Source of the DNA: Felis catus
Taxonomy: Eukaryota
Reading direction: 5' to 3'
DNA: 64,000 nt
NCBI RefSeq assembly: GCF_018350175.1
Contig: NC_058378.1
Location: forward strand, 74,524,001-74,588,000
A program made the position numbers and the translations under genes. The notes beneath the pieces are model-generated. The model was not told the DNA's origin. It saw only the letters and a program-made list of their open reading frames with translations, and ran no database searches. The stretch's first letter is position 1. Each line of letters begins with the position of its first letter. Positions 24,568-36,020 of this stretch are shown piece by piece.

Positions 24568-25010
24568 CAGATCTTTCTTGATAGGGTTACATCCCAAAAT
24601 GCTTTGAATAAACCTAACCCACCGAACTTCATAGCTTACTTCTTAGCCTACTTTAAACGTGCCCAGAACACTTCCATTAGCCTATAAATGGGCAAAATCA
24701 TCGAACGCCAAGCCTACTTGATAGTAAAATGTTGAAAAATCGCTGTAATTTATTGATCACTGTACTGAACATGAATAGAATGGTTGTCTGTGTGCGGATT
24801 GTTTACCCTCATGGTCGCATTGCTGACTGAGAGTAGTGGGTCACTGCTGCCCCGCATGATGAGACAGTCTCTGCATATTGCTAGCCCATGAAAAGATCAA
24901 AATTCAACGTTCAAACATGGTTTCTACTGAATGCATATCACTTTCACATCATCAGAAAGTCAAAAACTTGTACGTCAAACCATGGTAAGTTGGGGATTGG
25001 GGACTGTCGG
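24568..25010 (+). mobile_element. Tigger5/MER47-type non-autonomous TcMar transposon inserted in an L2 tail
   Basis: CCTAACCCACCGAACTTCATAGCTTA...GGGCAAAATCATC...GGTTTCTACTGAATGCATATCACTTT. TA dinucleotides at 24566-67 and 25011-12. L2 tail CATTCATTCAACAAATATTTATTGAG lies just upstream. Confidence 0.85.
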
Positions 25011-26130
25011 TACCATGTGACTACGACATACTAGATTTCTACTCTGGAGCTCAGGTCCCATCGCATCCCCATCGTACCTCCTGCTGATGAGCTCTCTCCA
25101 TCAACTTTGCCTCCTGTCAGTTCACCGTATCTTCTTTATTCTCCAGAGCAGCGCAACTCAAGGCTGCATGACGTAGTCACAGAAGTTGATGATATTACAG
25201 AAGATGACAATCGCTCACACAAGAAACTGCTTGAAATCACATAGCAGTCATCACTTGTCCTTAAAAGACGCTTTCCTATCCCTGCCACTAATGACAGCTC
25301 ACAGGCCACCTGACCTCCTCAGGATCTGCTTAACAGGCTGCCATGTTGCCGGGCCTGCTCTCTCTCTTCCCAGACCAGAGGAGTCACTTCCTCAAAGCTT
25401 CCTTCCCATTTACTACCGAAGAACATTTCCTGGTTGTGGTTCTTGTTGCTTGTAACTTTATTATCTAATGTCAGTTGGGCCTTTTGTATCAATCACCTCC
25501 TTCCAAATTTTTAATCATCGAAGAAAACCTATCAAAGTATTTTCCTTTGCAAGAGATCCTACATCCTGAGCAAGGCAACACATTAACAGATGCTTTGCTT
25601 TCCCCTTTAATTTTCCCCAGTTCTATTCTTAGGCAGAGTTCTTAAGCAGCACATCATCCTTTGTGATAGACTGAAGGCAGCCGGCAATTTATTTTCCTTT
25701 ATCGAGAGCAAAGGCACTGGGGTAAATTTTTAAAAATCCTATTACATTATTACCTAAGTGCACTCACTTCTCCCTTTAGCTCTGCTCCCAGTGGAAACAA
25801 GTGACTAATCCTTATTAATGCCAATTATTAAAGAGGAATGGCTGTAGCCCTACCTCAGGTCCACTAGATTTTTCCTTTTGAATAACATTGGGATACATTT
25901 TCATGAAGGGGGTAGTTATAATGAATGGGTCACACTGACACTTGTTGATTTACTTATTCTATTTCTGCCCAAGGACCATTGCAAAGTATGGATTAACTCA
26001 GATTTGGAAATGTAAATTCTATCAGAAAAAAAAAATAGCTCATGCTATTGAATTGAACATTTGAGCCATCCTCAGAAAATTCAAACTATGAAAAGACAAG
26101 ACTATATTTTCCTCTAGGAAAATTCTGAAC

Positions 26131-26500
26131 TTCTGCACTGACAGCACAGAGCCTGCTTGGGATTCTTTCGCTTCTTCTCTGTCCTTCCCCAACTCGTACT
26201 CTCTCTCTCCCTCTCAAAATAAATAAATTCTTTAAATATTCAAATTTTTAAAAAGAAAGCACTTACCTCCCCCCCCCCCCACCATGTATCAATACGGGGA
26301 TGATATGATAATACTAATACTCACTATGGCTGATCAAGAGTCTGCCACATGCCGGACTTTTTTCCTTGGTGTTTTTAGATATTTTTTTATATTTGTGTCT
26401 TGGAGCAACCCGCCACGATGGGCATTTTCTCCATTTGCAAACAAAGTTAACCACCTTACTGGAGACCCACCATCAAAGTGGGTGGACAGCAATGCAGGCT
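26131..26500 (+). repeat. Local direct duplicate of ~28060-28423 (3' half of a CanSINE plus flank)
   Basis: Colinear match, e.g. GATAATACTAATACTCACT(A/G)TGGCTGATCAAGAGTCTG and GGCATTTTCTCCATTTGCAAA occur in both copies. Confidence 0.92.
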
Positions 26501-26560
26501 GATTCCTTTTTGGGTATAAAATGGAAGGGTGTCAGAGGAGGTGAGCTATTAATGGGTATT

Positions 26561-26772
26561 ATTTTAAGTTTACTTATTTATGTATTTTTAGAGAGAGACA
26601 GAGAGAGTGAGTAGGGAGAGGGGCGGAGAGAGAGAGGGAGAGAGAGTCCCAAGCAGGCTCCACGCCGTCAGCGCAGAGCCCAACATGGGGCTGGAACCCA
26701 CGAACCATGAGATCGTAACCTGAGCCGCAACCAAGAGTCAGATGCTTAACCAACTGAGCCACCCAGCCACCC
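26561..26772 (-). mobile_element. Older CanSINE
   Basis: Full body. TSD CTATTA(A/C)TGGGTATT at 26546-26560 and 26773-26787. Confidence 0.94.
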
Positions 26773-27094
26773 CTATTACTGGGTATTTTCTATCTAACAT
26801 TTAGATGAGCATGCTTTCCAGTGTGAGGAGCTAGTAGAAAACTCCCCTGTGGTACGTGTGAGTGAGGGTGTGAGTACACAGCTGCTTCTGTGTGTGTAAA
26901 AAATGAATACGTGAATAAACCGAATGGTGATGAAACAGATCCTGAAGTTGGCAACTATATAACCTGGACTACTGCAAATAAAATAGGAACAAACATCATA
27001 AGGGTATATATTTTTTAATTTAGACACAAATATTGGTCTGATCTTTCCTGAAGTGGAATTAACTTTGTTACTGATTCTTTTCATGGATGGACAA

Positions 27095-27310
27095 CATTTA
27101 TTGAGCACTTACAATGCCCCAGATACTCAGCCTAACCCTTAGCACTGCTTTTATCTTCACAGCAATCCCATGAAGCAGTTGTTCGTGTTCCCATTTTACT
27201 CATGAGGAAACTGAGGCCCGGGAAAGAGAAGTCACTTGTCCTCAGTCCTATCCGTGAAAGGACGGAACCAGGAATCAAGCCTGGCTAACTTCACAGCTGT
27301 GTGCTTTACT
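27095..27310 (-). mobile_element. MIR
   Basis: CATTTATTGAGCACTTAC...CCCATTTTACTCATGAGGAAACTGAGGCCC...TCACTTGTCC. Confidence 0.8.
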
Positions 27311-27825
27311 GCATCACATTGACTCTTTTGAAACGAGCTCGATTACTCCTCATTTTGTTCTGATTTTCATACCTCATTTCAAAACTCACACAGTGTTTAG
27401 TCTTTACTATGTTAAGGTATATGGTGGCCTTTAGCTTAAGCTTCTGATCTGATCCTGACGATCTTAGTAAATACAGTGACTCTTGCCTGGTCCCATCACA
27501 GGCAAAAGCAGAAATGATGGCTTCCACAGAAGTCACGTGCTCCACAATTTTGTTAAAGTTTTTCTATCCTTAAAAGTCCGGGTACATTTAGAACCCTCAT
27601 TTACGTCGTGAAATAGCTCTTTGTTCTTAATATAATTTTAAAATTGGCACTTGTAAATCCTGGTATAATTCTTTGCACATGCTAAGTGTTCGATGAAGTT
27701 TTGTTGACATAAGTAAGCATATTACATTTTTTTGTAGAATAAAATATGCCCCAAGAGTACTTAAAACCTGTGAAGTTTGGAAATAATTTCAGTTCTCAAA
27801 ATAGCCAGCCAAATTTGTATGATTT

Positions 27826-27859
<34 letters not shown>

Positions 27860-27964
27860 AAAATGAGTTGCCAAGTATTTTCTTATGATCTGGCCTTAAT
27901 GTTTTTTTTTTTTCTTTATCACCTTCAGATGACATACATAATTTGTTTAGAAAGTACTTATCTT

Positions 27965-28179
27965 GGGAAACCTGGGTGGCTCAGTCAGTTAAGCATCCGA
28001 CTCTTGATCTCGGCTCAGGTCAGGATCTCATGGTTCATAGGATCAAGCCCCACGTCAGGTTCTGCACAGACAGCACAGAGCCTGCTTGGGATTCTTTCTC
28101 TCCTTCTCTCTCTGTCCCTCCTCCACTCGCACTCTCTCTCCCCTTCTCAAAATAAATAAATTTAAAAAATTTTAAAAAC
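27965..28179 (+). mobile_element. Older CanSINE (source of the 26.1-kb duplicate)
   Basis: Complete head and tail. TSD GAAAGTACTTA at 27950-27960 and 28180-28190. Confidence 0.93.
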
Positions 28180-28956
28180 GAAAGTACTTACCCCCTGCCC
28201 CCCACCGTGTATCAATGCAGGGATGATACGATAATACTAATACTCACTGTGGCTGATCAAGAGTCTGACACATGCCAGGCTTTTTTCCTTGGTGCTTTTA
28301 GGATTTTTTATATTTGAGCCTTGTAGCGATCCACCGCGATAGGCATTTTCTCCATTTGCAAATGAAGTTACCTGCCTTCCTGGAGACCCACCACCGAAGT
28401 GGAAGAACTATAATCCGAGCCTGTGTTGGCCTATTTCCAGTGCCCCTCTCTGCTCTTTTCTATGAAGACAATAATCCCTGCTCTTTGTGCAAATTTATGC
28501 TATGGAACTTGCTCACATCACTCTTGTGTACCACAAGGTGAGATATTTAGCCATTTGCATTTTATCTGCTGATAGACATTTGCAGATGACAAAGGGACGG
28601 TAATAAGTGAAACGGCCTACAGTCTTGCTTTGTCTCAAGTGACTTCTCTTCCAGAGAGTCCTCCCCGTCACCCACACAAGCTCAACACAGTTAATTATTT
28701 TAATTAAACACATACCTATATATTTCCCCTGGAGTTATTGCATGGTATGGGACTCCGGATCCTTGGACTAGATGCCTGGAATCCTTCCCCTGGTTCCAGC
28801 TTTACCGCTGAATGACCTCTCGAATGTCACTTAAAGTCTCTGGGCTCAGGCTTCTTCATCTGCTGTCTTAGTGGTTGGCCAGCTCTTGCATACATTGATT
28901 TTTTCAATAACATTAATGTCTTCTAAAAATGATAAGACAAAATACGTTTTACCTAG

Positions 28957-29466
28957 TGTAGTGGGCTAGACAGTGGTCCCCCCCAAAAGATAAATTCCCC
29001 CCCAAAAGATAAAAAAAATCCTCACCCCTGGAACCTGTGAGTGTACCTTATATGGCTAAAGAGTGGCTATTATCTTGTATGGAAAAAAAAAATATGATGA
29101 AGTTAAGAATCTTAAGAAGAGGAAGGTACCCTGTATTGTCAGGGTGGACCTTAAATACACTCAACGTATCCTTATAAGAGAGAGGCAGAGGAAGTTTTGA
29201 GACAGAAAAGGAGGCGGCCATGTNNNNNNNNNNNNNNNNNNNNNNNNNNNNNNNNNNNNNNNNNNNNNNNNNNNNNNNNNNNNNNNNNNNNNNNNNNNNN
29301 NNNNNNNNNNNNNNNNNNNNNNNNNNNNNNNNNNNNNNNNNNNNNNNNNNNNNNNNNNNNNNNNNNNNNNNNNNNNNNNNNNNNNNNNAATACACTTATT
29401 TTTTATTTTGTTTTAAGCCACCCAGTTTGTAGTAATTTGTTACAACGGCCACAGTAAACTAATATA
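28957..29466 (+). mobile_element. MaLR solo LTR (MLT1C/D-like), containing N gap 29224-29388
   Basis: TGTAGTGGGCT...CCCCAAAAGATA...CCTGGAACCTGTGA...TTTTAAGCCACCCAGTTTGTAGTAATTTGTTACA...AACTAATATA. 5-bp TSD CCTAG/CCTGG. Confidence 0.9.
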
Positions 29467-30094
29467 CCTGGTTATGCCACAAAATGCTTCTCCTGGATTT
29501 TTCTGGAATACTTGTAGGGGAACACTTATAGAGGAAAACGCACAAGACCTGAATATTAATTAGGGCTTCTCAACTCAATATGCACCCTAATGTAGCACTC
29601 AGAGACTGTGATAGGAAATGTGTTTAATCTCTTCTTTTAGAGGAGGTCTGAGCTTTCACTTGAGTTGGCTATACTGAGAATAAGCTTATGTGTTGGGGGA
29701 AACCAGTTCTTGCTGGAAAGTATAGGGCAAAGAGGAGTGAAAAGAATATTCCCAACACCCTTTTCAAGAATTGTAAAAGACTGTCTTAATTGCCAAATCC
29801 AAATTGGAAATGAAAACATGTTATGACAGGAAATCTGTATAGGTAGGATCGGCAAGGTGGATAGATACAGGCTACATCCGACTCAGGCCCTGGAGTGTCA
29901 GAAGAAATTCCTGCAGCATTGGCCCATGGTTATGAGGATTGAGAACTACAAATAGAACGGGAATTATTCATGGATAGCAAGGTGTTGACTTTTAGAGAAG
30001 GATCTTAAAAGTCTTATAATCCAACCCTTGAAATGTTGGTTGAATTTCCTTACCTCATAGCCACATTATCACCTGACTTCTACAAACCTCAAAT

Positions 30095-30345
30095 ATCATT
30101 CATTCGTTCATTCATCCATTCAATATTCGAGTGTCTCCTACCGAGGCCACAATAATGGATCAGACTAGAAATGAACAGTCTTCTGTAATAAGATGTAATA
30201 GGAGAAAGAGAACATCATAGTAGAGAAAGACACAATGGGCTGAAACAGCAAAGCTGAGATGACCACCTCTGCCTGGAGGACTCAGGGCCAGCATCGTAAG
30301 AAGTGATATTTGAGCTGAAGCTTAGCAGTGAATAGCACTTGCCCC
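30095..30345 (-). mobile_element. L2 fragment
   Basis: CATTCATTCGTTCATTCATCCATTCAATATTCGAGTGTCTCCTAC...GTGATATTTGAGCTGAAGCTT. Confidence 0.55.
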
Positions 30346-30899
30346 CGGAGGCAGTTCATTTCCTCTTTGAAAAGTCCTTCCTTACATTGAACCAAAATGT
30401 GTGCTTCATTAATTTTTACCTCAACTCTGAATGGTCATTATAAGCCAATGACTCTAGGGACTTTGATCTCAATGGGTGGAAAGGTTACTAGGAATGTATA
30501 AACTCTGTTTTCAGTATGGCTTTGCTTTATGGAGGGTCTTTTGAAAGGAAAGTACCGAATATTCTCATTTCTTGGACAATAAATTCTTGAATAAGAATTT
30601 TTAGGGATTGTCAGAGGAAACTGCTTTGATAGTTAATATTACAGCAAGTATGAATTCTTAAGGAAATGGCCCAACTTCCTGCACCACACTTCTGAGTAGA
30701 TCTTCCCCATATGTGCTAGGAAGGTATAGAGATAATAATGTAAGAACAGTGTAAGGTGTGTGACATGTAAAAATACAACTGCTTGAGCCAGAAGCCTGGG
30801 AGACAGCAGAGATGCCTCTCCTAGGTCATCACTTCCTGCTGGTTCTAGCTTTGGCAGGACTCCGTCCATTCCTCCCTGGCCCTGTGGCCTCCACATCTC

Positions 30900-31335
30900 T
30901 CCCCTGAATGACTGCGTCGGCCTCCTGCCTGTCTCCAATCTTCATTCACACCTTTCTCCTGGCCATTCTCCATCACTCCTGGTGATGCTCAAAAATGAGA
31001 ATTTGATCATGTCTTCCCAGCCTAAAGCTCTTCAGTGTCTTTCTATGATATGAGAGGCAAATCCAAACTCTTCTGTGTGGTTTATAAAGTCAGTGGGTGC
31101 TGGACCCACTGGCCTGTTCAGTGACTTGCAGACCACGGTCATCTTTGCTCCCTCGTTGGCCATGACACTTGACTTCTCTTAGCTCCTTGAAAACACTAGG
31201 CTGTACCTCATACACAGGCCTTTGCACAGACTTTTCCCCTAGCTGGAAACATCCTCATGCTTCTCCCTTTCTACATCTGCCAGTGCCCCTGCCTCCAGAA
31301 AGCTCTCAGCCTCTGTCTGTCTTTGTCTCTCTGTC

Positions 31336-31373
<38 letters not shown>

Positions 31374-31692
31374 ACACACACACACCTCTTTAGCCCACCT
31401 TGCTCCTGCTTCTCCTTCATGTTTTGGTTCAAATGGCTCATCTAGCAGGTAGTCAGCTCCCCATAACTGTCTTGGCTTCCCCCCACTGCAAGCTTCCCCA
31501 GAGCCCTTACATTTCTCCTTCTACTCAATACTCTTCACTCTTTAATTCCTTGGTTAATGCTTGTATTCCCAGCTAGACTGGGAACCCCATAAGAGCAGAG
31601 ACTACAACCCTCTGGTTTAGTTTTGTATCTCCAGTATTGAGGACAGTATCTGACACATATTGGGCCTTAGGTATATATTTGTTGAATCAAGA
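30900..31692 (+). mobile_element. L2 3' region with internal (CT)/(TCTG)/(CA) microsatellite at ~31310-31384
   Basis: AAATCCAAACTC...CAGGCCTTTGCACA...CTAGACTGG...TATATTTGTTGAAT, typical of the L2 3' end. Confidence 0.75.
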
Positions 31693-32329
31693 AAAAAGGG
31701 ATTTGAATAATTGGCATGAACTTAGGAATTGTTGGGGGGGGGAACAACTTAGGCAAACTCAGAGGGGGATTATGGTATTCCCTAAGAGAAACAGAAAAGT
31801 AGGATAATTTCTTCCTCTGTCAAGGAATTGGCTCTGAGAAAACCAGGCTGTGGGACGTTGGAGAAGTCGGCTCAGGGCACTGCAGTGAAATGCTCTGGAA
31901 GCCAGGAAGGGCTGCTGCACTAAAGGGAGCTGTTATTACTGTTTTTTTGTGCGGAGTAGATTTCTTGTTCTCCTCCCTTTGTATGCAGGCAAAGAGTGGT
32001 CTCTAGGGTGGACCACCAAACAGTAAAGCTGGGGCTGGAGAGACAGCCTTTCATCCAAATTTAGCTTCTGAATCTCTGAAGGGTCCTGGTTTCCTAAATC
32101 CCCCAACTTGGCCTTCAGGACCCTCCACAATCTGGGAGCCCTCTTCTCATCTGGTCTTTTCTTTCCCTTTGCATTGCTTTCCATTAAACACCCTTTGCTT
32201 CAGTGACTCAGAAATCAATACATGAAAATCCAACAGGCACTCTTTTTCTTTTCTTTTTTTTAATAAGACCTTGTGTTAACAGCTTTAGGAAACCCTAAGA
32301 AGGACCACTTAACAGGTACTACCATGGGC

Positions 32330-32510
32330 ATGGAAACTGATCGTCTGGATTCAGGCCCCTGCTTTGGGGTTTTCTAATTCTCTGATCAGAGCAGGTCACC
32401 TAATGTCTTTGAACCTACTTTATGTGTTTACCCGTGGAATTGTTGAAAGATGGGATGAGATAATACACGTAAAGTGCTCAGCTGGGCCCTGGATCGTAGT
32501 AAGAGCTCCA
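32330..32510 (+). mobile_element. MIR fragment
   Basis: TCTGGATTCAGGCCCCTGCT...GATGAGATAATACACGTAAAGTGCTCAGC. Confidence 0.55.
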
Positions 32511-32514
32511 TAGA

Positions 32515-32635
32515 CGTCACTGTCATCATTGTTATCATCATCGCCATTGCCCTCGTCATCATTGTCGCCATTGTCATTGTCATCATCGTCATTATTGTCA
32601 TCATGGTCACTGTTGTCATAATTGTCATCATTATG
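32515..32635. repeat. Degenerate (CAT/TGT)n trinucleotide low-complexity tract
   Basis: GTCACTGTCATCATTGTTATCATCATCGCCATTG..., 3-nt periodic. Confidence 0.9.
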
Positions 32636-33662
32636 CACAGTACCCCACTTCAGTGGGAAATTCAAGTCATGGGCACACGAGTAGCTAACACACAAAAGAG
32701 TGTGCTCTAAGCATCCAATGTCATGGTATTTCCTTTTCCTGACGTTTCCTTTCCTCTCCTCCCACTCACTTCTGTCTTCTTCCTTCAGAGCCAAGGACCC
32801 TTCACCTTGATGAGTTTGCTCCTTTTCTGCAGGCTTCCCCAGGCTTTGCATCCCTGCCGTTCTTACTCTTTCCCCTCTGGACTCATGGTGGAATCACTCA
32901 TTTGGTTATGAATCATAGGTGGCCTTTATACTCCCCATAGGCTTTGTTTCCCAATGTTGACTTCCTGAAGGCAAGCCTGAGTCTTGGTTTTGGCCTTCCA
33001 CAGATCACAAGCAAATATTCCTTGAGCACCCGTCATGACAGCGTGGGCTGTGGGCACACCAAGCGCCGGGGCTGAGCTTAGCTGGATGGATGCTCAGTGA
33101 GTGTTTGGGAATAGTCTGATCTAGCATTGTTTCATCAGAGAGTGAAAAGCTCATACCCACTTTTGTAAAGAATTAAATTATTTAAGCACCAAGACTGTTT
33201 GTAGCTTACAGCAAGTAGTCAATTAGGTGACTTAAATTAATTTTTGGCAGCAGCTAAATGGAGCCTCAAGTCTTTTGTCTTTAAACAGCTAATCCAAAAC
33301 AAAAAAAATAATAATTAAGTATTTCTGAAACAATATTATTCACAGACTTAAAATATACAATTTAATTAAATTTGTGGTCTTAATCTTTTTATAGAAATTA
33401 ATTTCAAGTTCATTCAGAAAAGAAAGGGCCATGCATACCTCAGGATTCTGCCTATGAACGTTCAACACCCAGCCTACCAATTCTTGTGATATCTGGGCTG
33501 GGAAGGAAGATATCCTTAGGTTCTTCTGAATGAGAATCAGACTTCTTACTTATTCATGGTTTTATTTTTTGGGGTGTTTCGAGGTTTGAGACATAAAACC
33601 TGGCTTCTTTCTTAGGGATGCTGAATGGATCGAAAATTTGTAAAAGAGACAATATTTAAAAT

Positions 33663-34105
33663 ACGGAAGCAACCCAAGTGCACATCAACAATGAATGGAT
33701 AAGCAAAATGTGGTACATCTATATAATGGGACATTACTCAGTCTTAAAAAGAAAGGAAATTTTGACACATGGTTCAACAGGGATAAACCTTAAAGACATT
33801 ATGCTCAGTGAAATAAGCAAGTCAGCAAAAGACAAAGACTGTGTCATTCCATTCACAGAAGGTACTTAGAGTTATCAAAATTAAAGACAGAAAGTAGAAT
33901 GGAGTTTGCCAGGGACTGGGGAAAGGGGGAATGAGGAGTCATTGTTTAATGGGTACAGAGTTTCCGTTTTCCAAGATGGCAGCAGTCTGGAGATGGATGG
34001 TGGAGATGGTTGTACAACTCTATGAATGTATGCAACCCCACTGAATGATACATGTAAAAATGGCTAAGGTGGTAAATTTTTTGTTAGAGGTACTTGACCA
34101 CGGTA
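33663..34105 (+). mobile_element. L1MB-like 3' end
   Basis: GGAAGCAACCCAAGTG...GAATGGATAAGCAAAATGTGGTA...TTGTTTAATGGGTACAGAGTTTC...GGAGATGGATGGTGG. Confidence 0.9.
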
Positions 34106-34219
34106 GGAAAGTTAATAAGAAATGCATAAATTAAAATCCTAGTAAAAAATCTGCAACACATATGCAAAAGTTTCTCTAGAAACCTCAACTTTACCTGATA
34201 CTAATAAACTACTCGACAA

Positions 34220-34830
34220 TGGTTTTTACCAGTGTCTCTTCCTGTCAGCGGTATATCTGAAAATCTTCACCAGTACTTAGTTTCGTCAACCTTTAAAGTT
34301 TTTGTGAATCTGGAATGTTATCAGTTGTTTTCATTTGTATCTCAATAATTACTAGTGAGTTTTAAAAAATGTTATGTGTTTATTGGCCATTGAAATATTC
34401 TCTTCTATGGGGGCGCCTGGGTGGCTCATTTGGTTAAGCATCCGACTTCAGCTCAGGTCATGATCTCGCGGTTCAAACCCCGCGTCGGACTCTGTGCTGA
34501 CAGCTCAGAGCCTGGGGCCTGCTTCGGATACCGTGTCTCCTTCTCTCTCTGCCCCTCCCCAGCTCATGCTCTGTCTCTTCCTCTCGTTCAAAAATAAAGA
34601 AACATAAACAAAAATTTAAAAAAATATTCTCTTCTATGAATTGTCAACTTATATCATTAAAACATTTTTCTTTTGGGGTGTTCTTCTTTTTCTTGTTGAT
34701 TCCTAAGAACGTATACATTCTGAATGCTAAAAATTTTATTGTCATCCATATGGAAAAAATCTTCTCCCAGTTGAAAGCTTGTCTTTTAACCCTGTTTATG
34801 ATGTTCTTTATTTTACAATTTTTTTTATCT
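34220..34830 (-). mobile_element. Old L1 (L1M/L1ME) ORF2 fragment hosting a CanSINE
   Basis: GTTTTCATTTGTATCTC...TGTTTATTGGCCATT...TCTTCTATGAATTG...AATCTTCTCCCAG. Confidence 0.7.
34410..34621 (+). mobile_element. CanSINE (SINEC_Fc2-like)
   Basis: Perfect 17-bp TSD AAATATTCTCTTCTATG at 34393-34409 and 34622-34638. Confidence 0.96.
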
Positions 34831-34842
34831 GGCCAATTTTTT

Positions 34843-35055
34843 AAAAATTTTTTAATGTTTACTTATTTTTGAGAGAGAAAGAGACAGAGTGCCAGTGGAG
34901 GAGGGGCAGAGAGAAAGGGAGACCCAGAATCCGAAGCAGGCTCCAGGCTTTGAGCTGTCGGCACAGAGCCTGATGCAGGACTTGAACCTGCGAATCACGA
35001 GATCATGACCTGAACTGAAGTCAGACACTTAACCAACGGAGCCACCAGGTGCCCC
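34843..35055 (-). mobile_element. CanSINE (SINEC_Fc2-like)
   Basis: Full body. Near-TSD CTGG(C/G)CAATTTTTT. Confidence 0.95.
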
Positions 35056-35289
35056 TGACCTGGGCAATTTTTTGAAGTATTTAGGATATGCTGTCTTCCC
35101 AACCAAAACATATTTTTCTTTCTCCTTGTTGTTAATACCCATTTAGGATAATTTTTAATACAGTATTTTGCTGCTTATGCAGTCAAAGCCTTGGTTTTTC
35201 CATATTAAAGATTTTGAGCCCTATCATTGTATAATTATCAAGATGTTAAAAGCATATTTCTCACCTAATAGATCTCTAAGTTATGCATC

Positions 35290-36020
35290 CACCCTCTCAA
35301 GGTCTGAAATATTTTCTTCCGTGTCCTCTACTGCTGTCTTAATTCAGGCCATTTAAAAAAGTTCTACTTGGGTCATGGCAGTATCCTCTTAACTGGTCCA
35401 TGTCTCCAATGTATCCTTCTTCTCATCCATCTACCACAGTTGGCCAGTTATCATCCTAAAGGGCAGAGCCGATCATGTAATTTTTATGCTAAAAAAAAAC
35501 ATTCCACACCCATTCTTCTCCATTATTTGAAATAAACTTCAAATCCTTAATGTGCCCTTTAGGCCACTTCGTAGTCTGACCCAAAGGCTTTTCAAACTTC
35601 ACTACAATTCTTCTAAATCTACTTCCCAAAGCATCAGCCACAACAGCCTTCTTGATTCTTTGTATGTGACATAAGCTTTCCTGTCTCCCTTTGTATAGTC
35701 CTCCTTGCCCATCACAGTCTTTCATCTGGGAATGTGCATCCCCTACTAACTACCTTCCATAGCCTGGCTCGCACAACTTCTCCTCCTTAACTTCCCCTTC
35801 CACACTTAGAATAAATCTCTTCTTGAGCCTCACTTGCATTTTCCTTCGTGGCCCTATCAAAGCACTCAACCACGTATTCCCATTATTAAATGGATTATTT
35901 ACATCTCTGTCTCCCTTAGGAAATTATAAGCTCTGTGATGACTTAACTATGTCTTATTCACACTTGACCGTGGTACCTAGAATAGGGCCTGGTACGTAGC
36001 GCTCGTGTGTGTTGATTACA
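35290..36020 (+). mobile_element. L2 3' region
   Basis: TCAGGCCAT...CCTCTTAACTGGTC...AAATCCTTAATGTG...GTCTTATTCAC...CCTAGAATAGGGCCTGGTACGTAG. Confidence 0.7.

Noticed and set aside
32420-32851. Asp/Asn-rich, Met/Thr-rich and Ile/Val-rich ORFs in three frames
   Set aside because: Artefacts of a degenerate (CAT)n tract at the end of a MIR.
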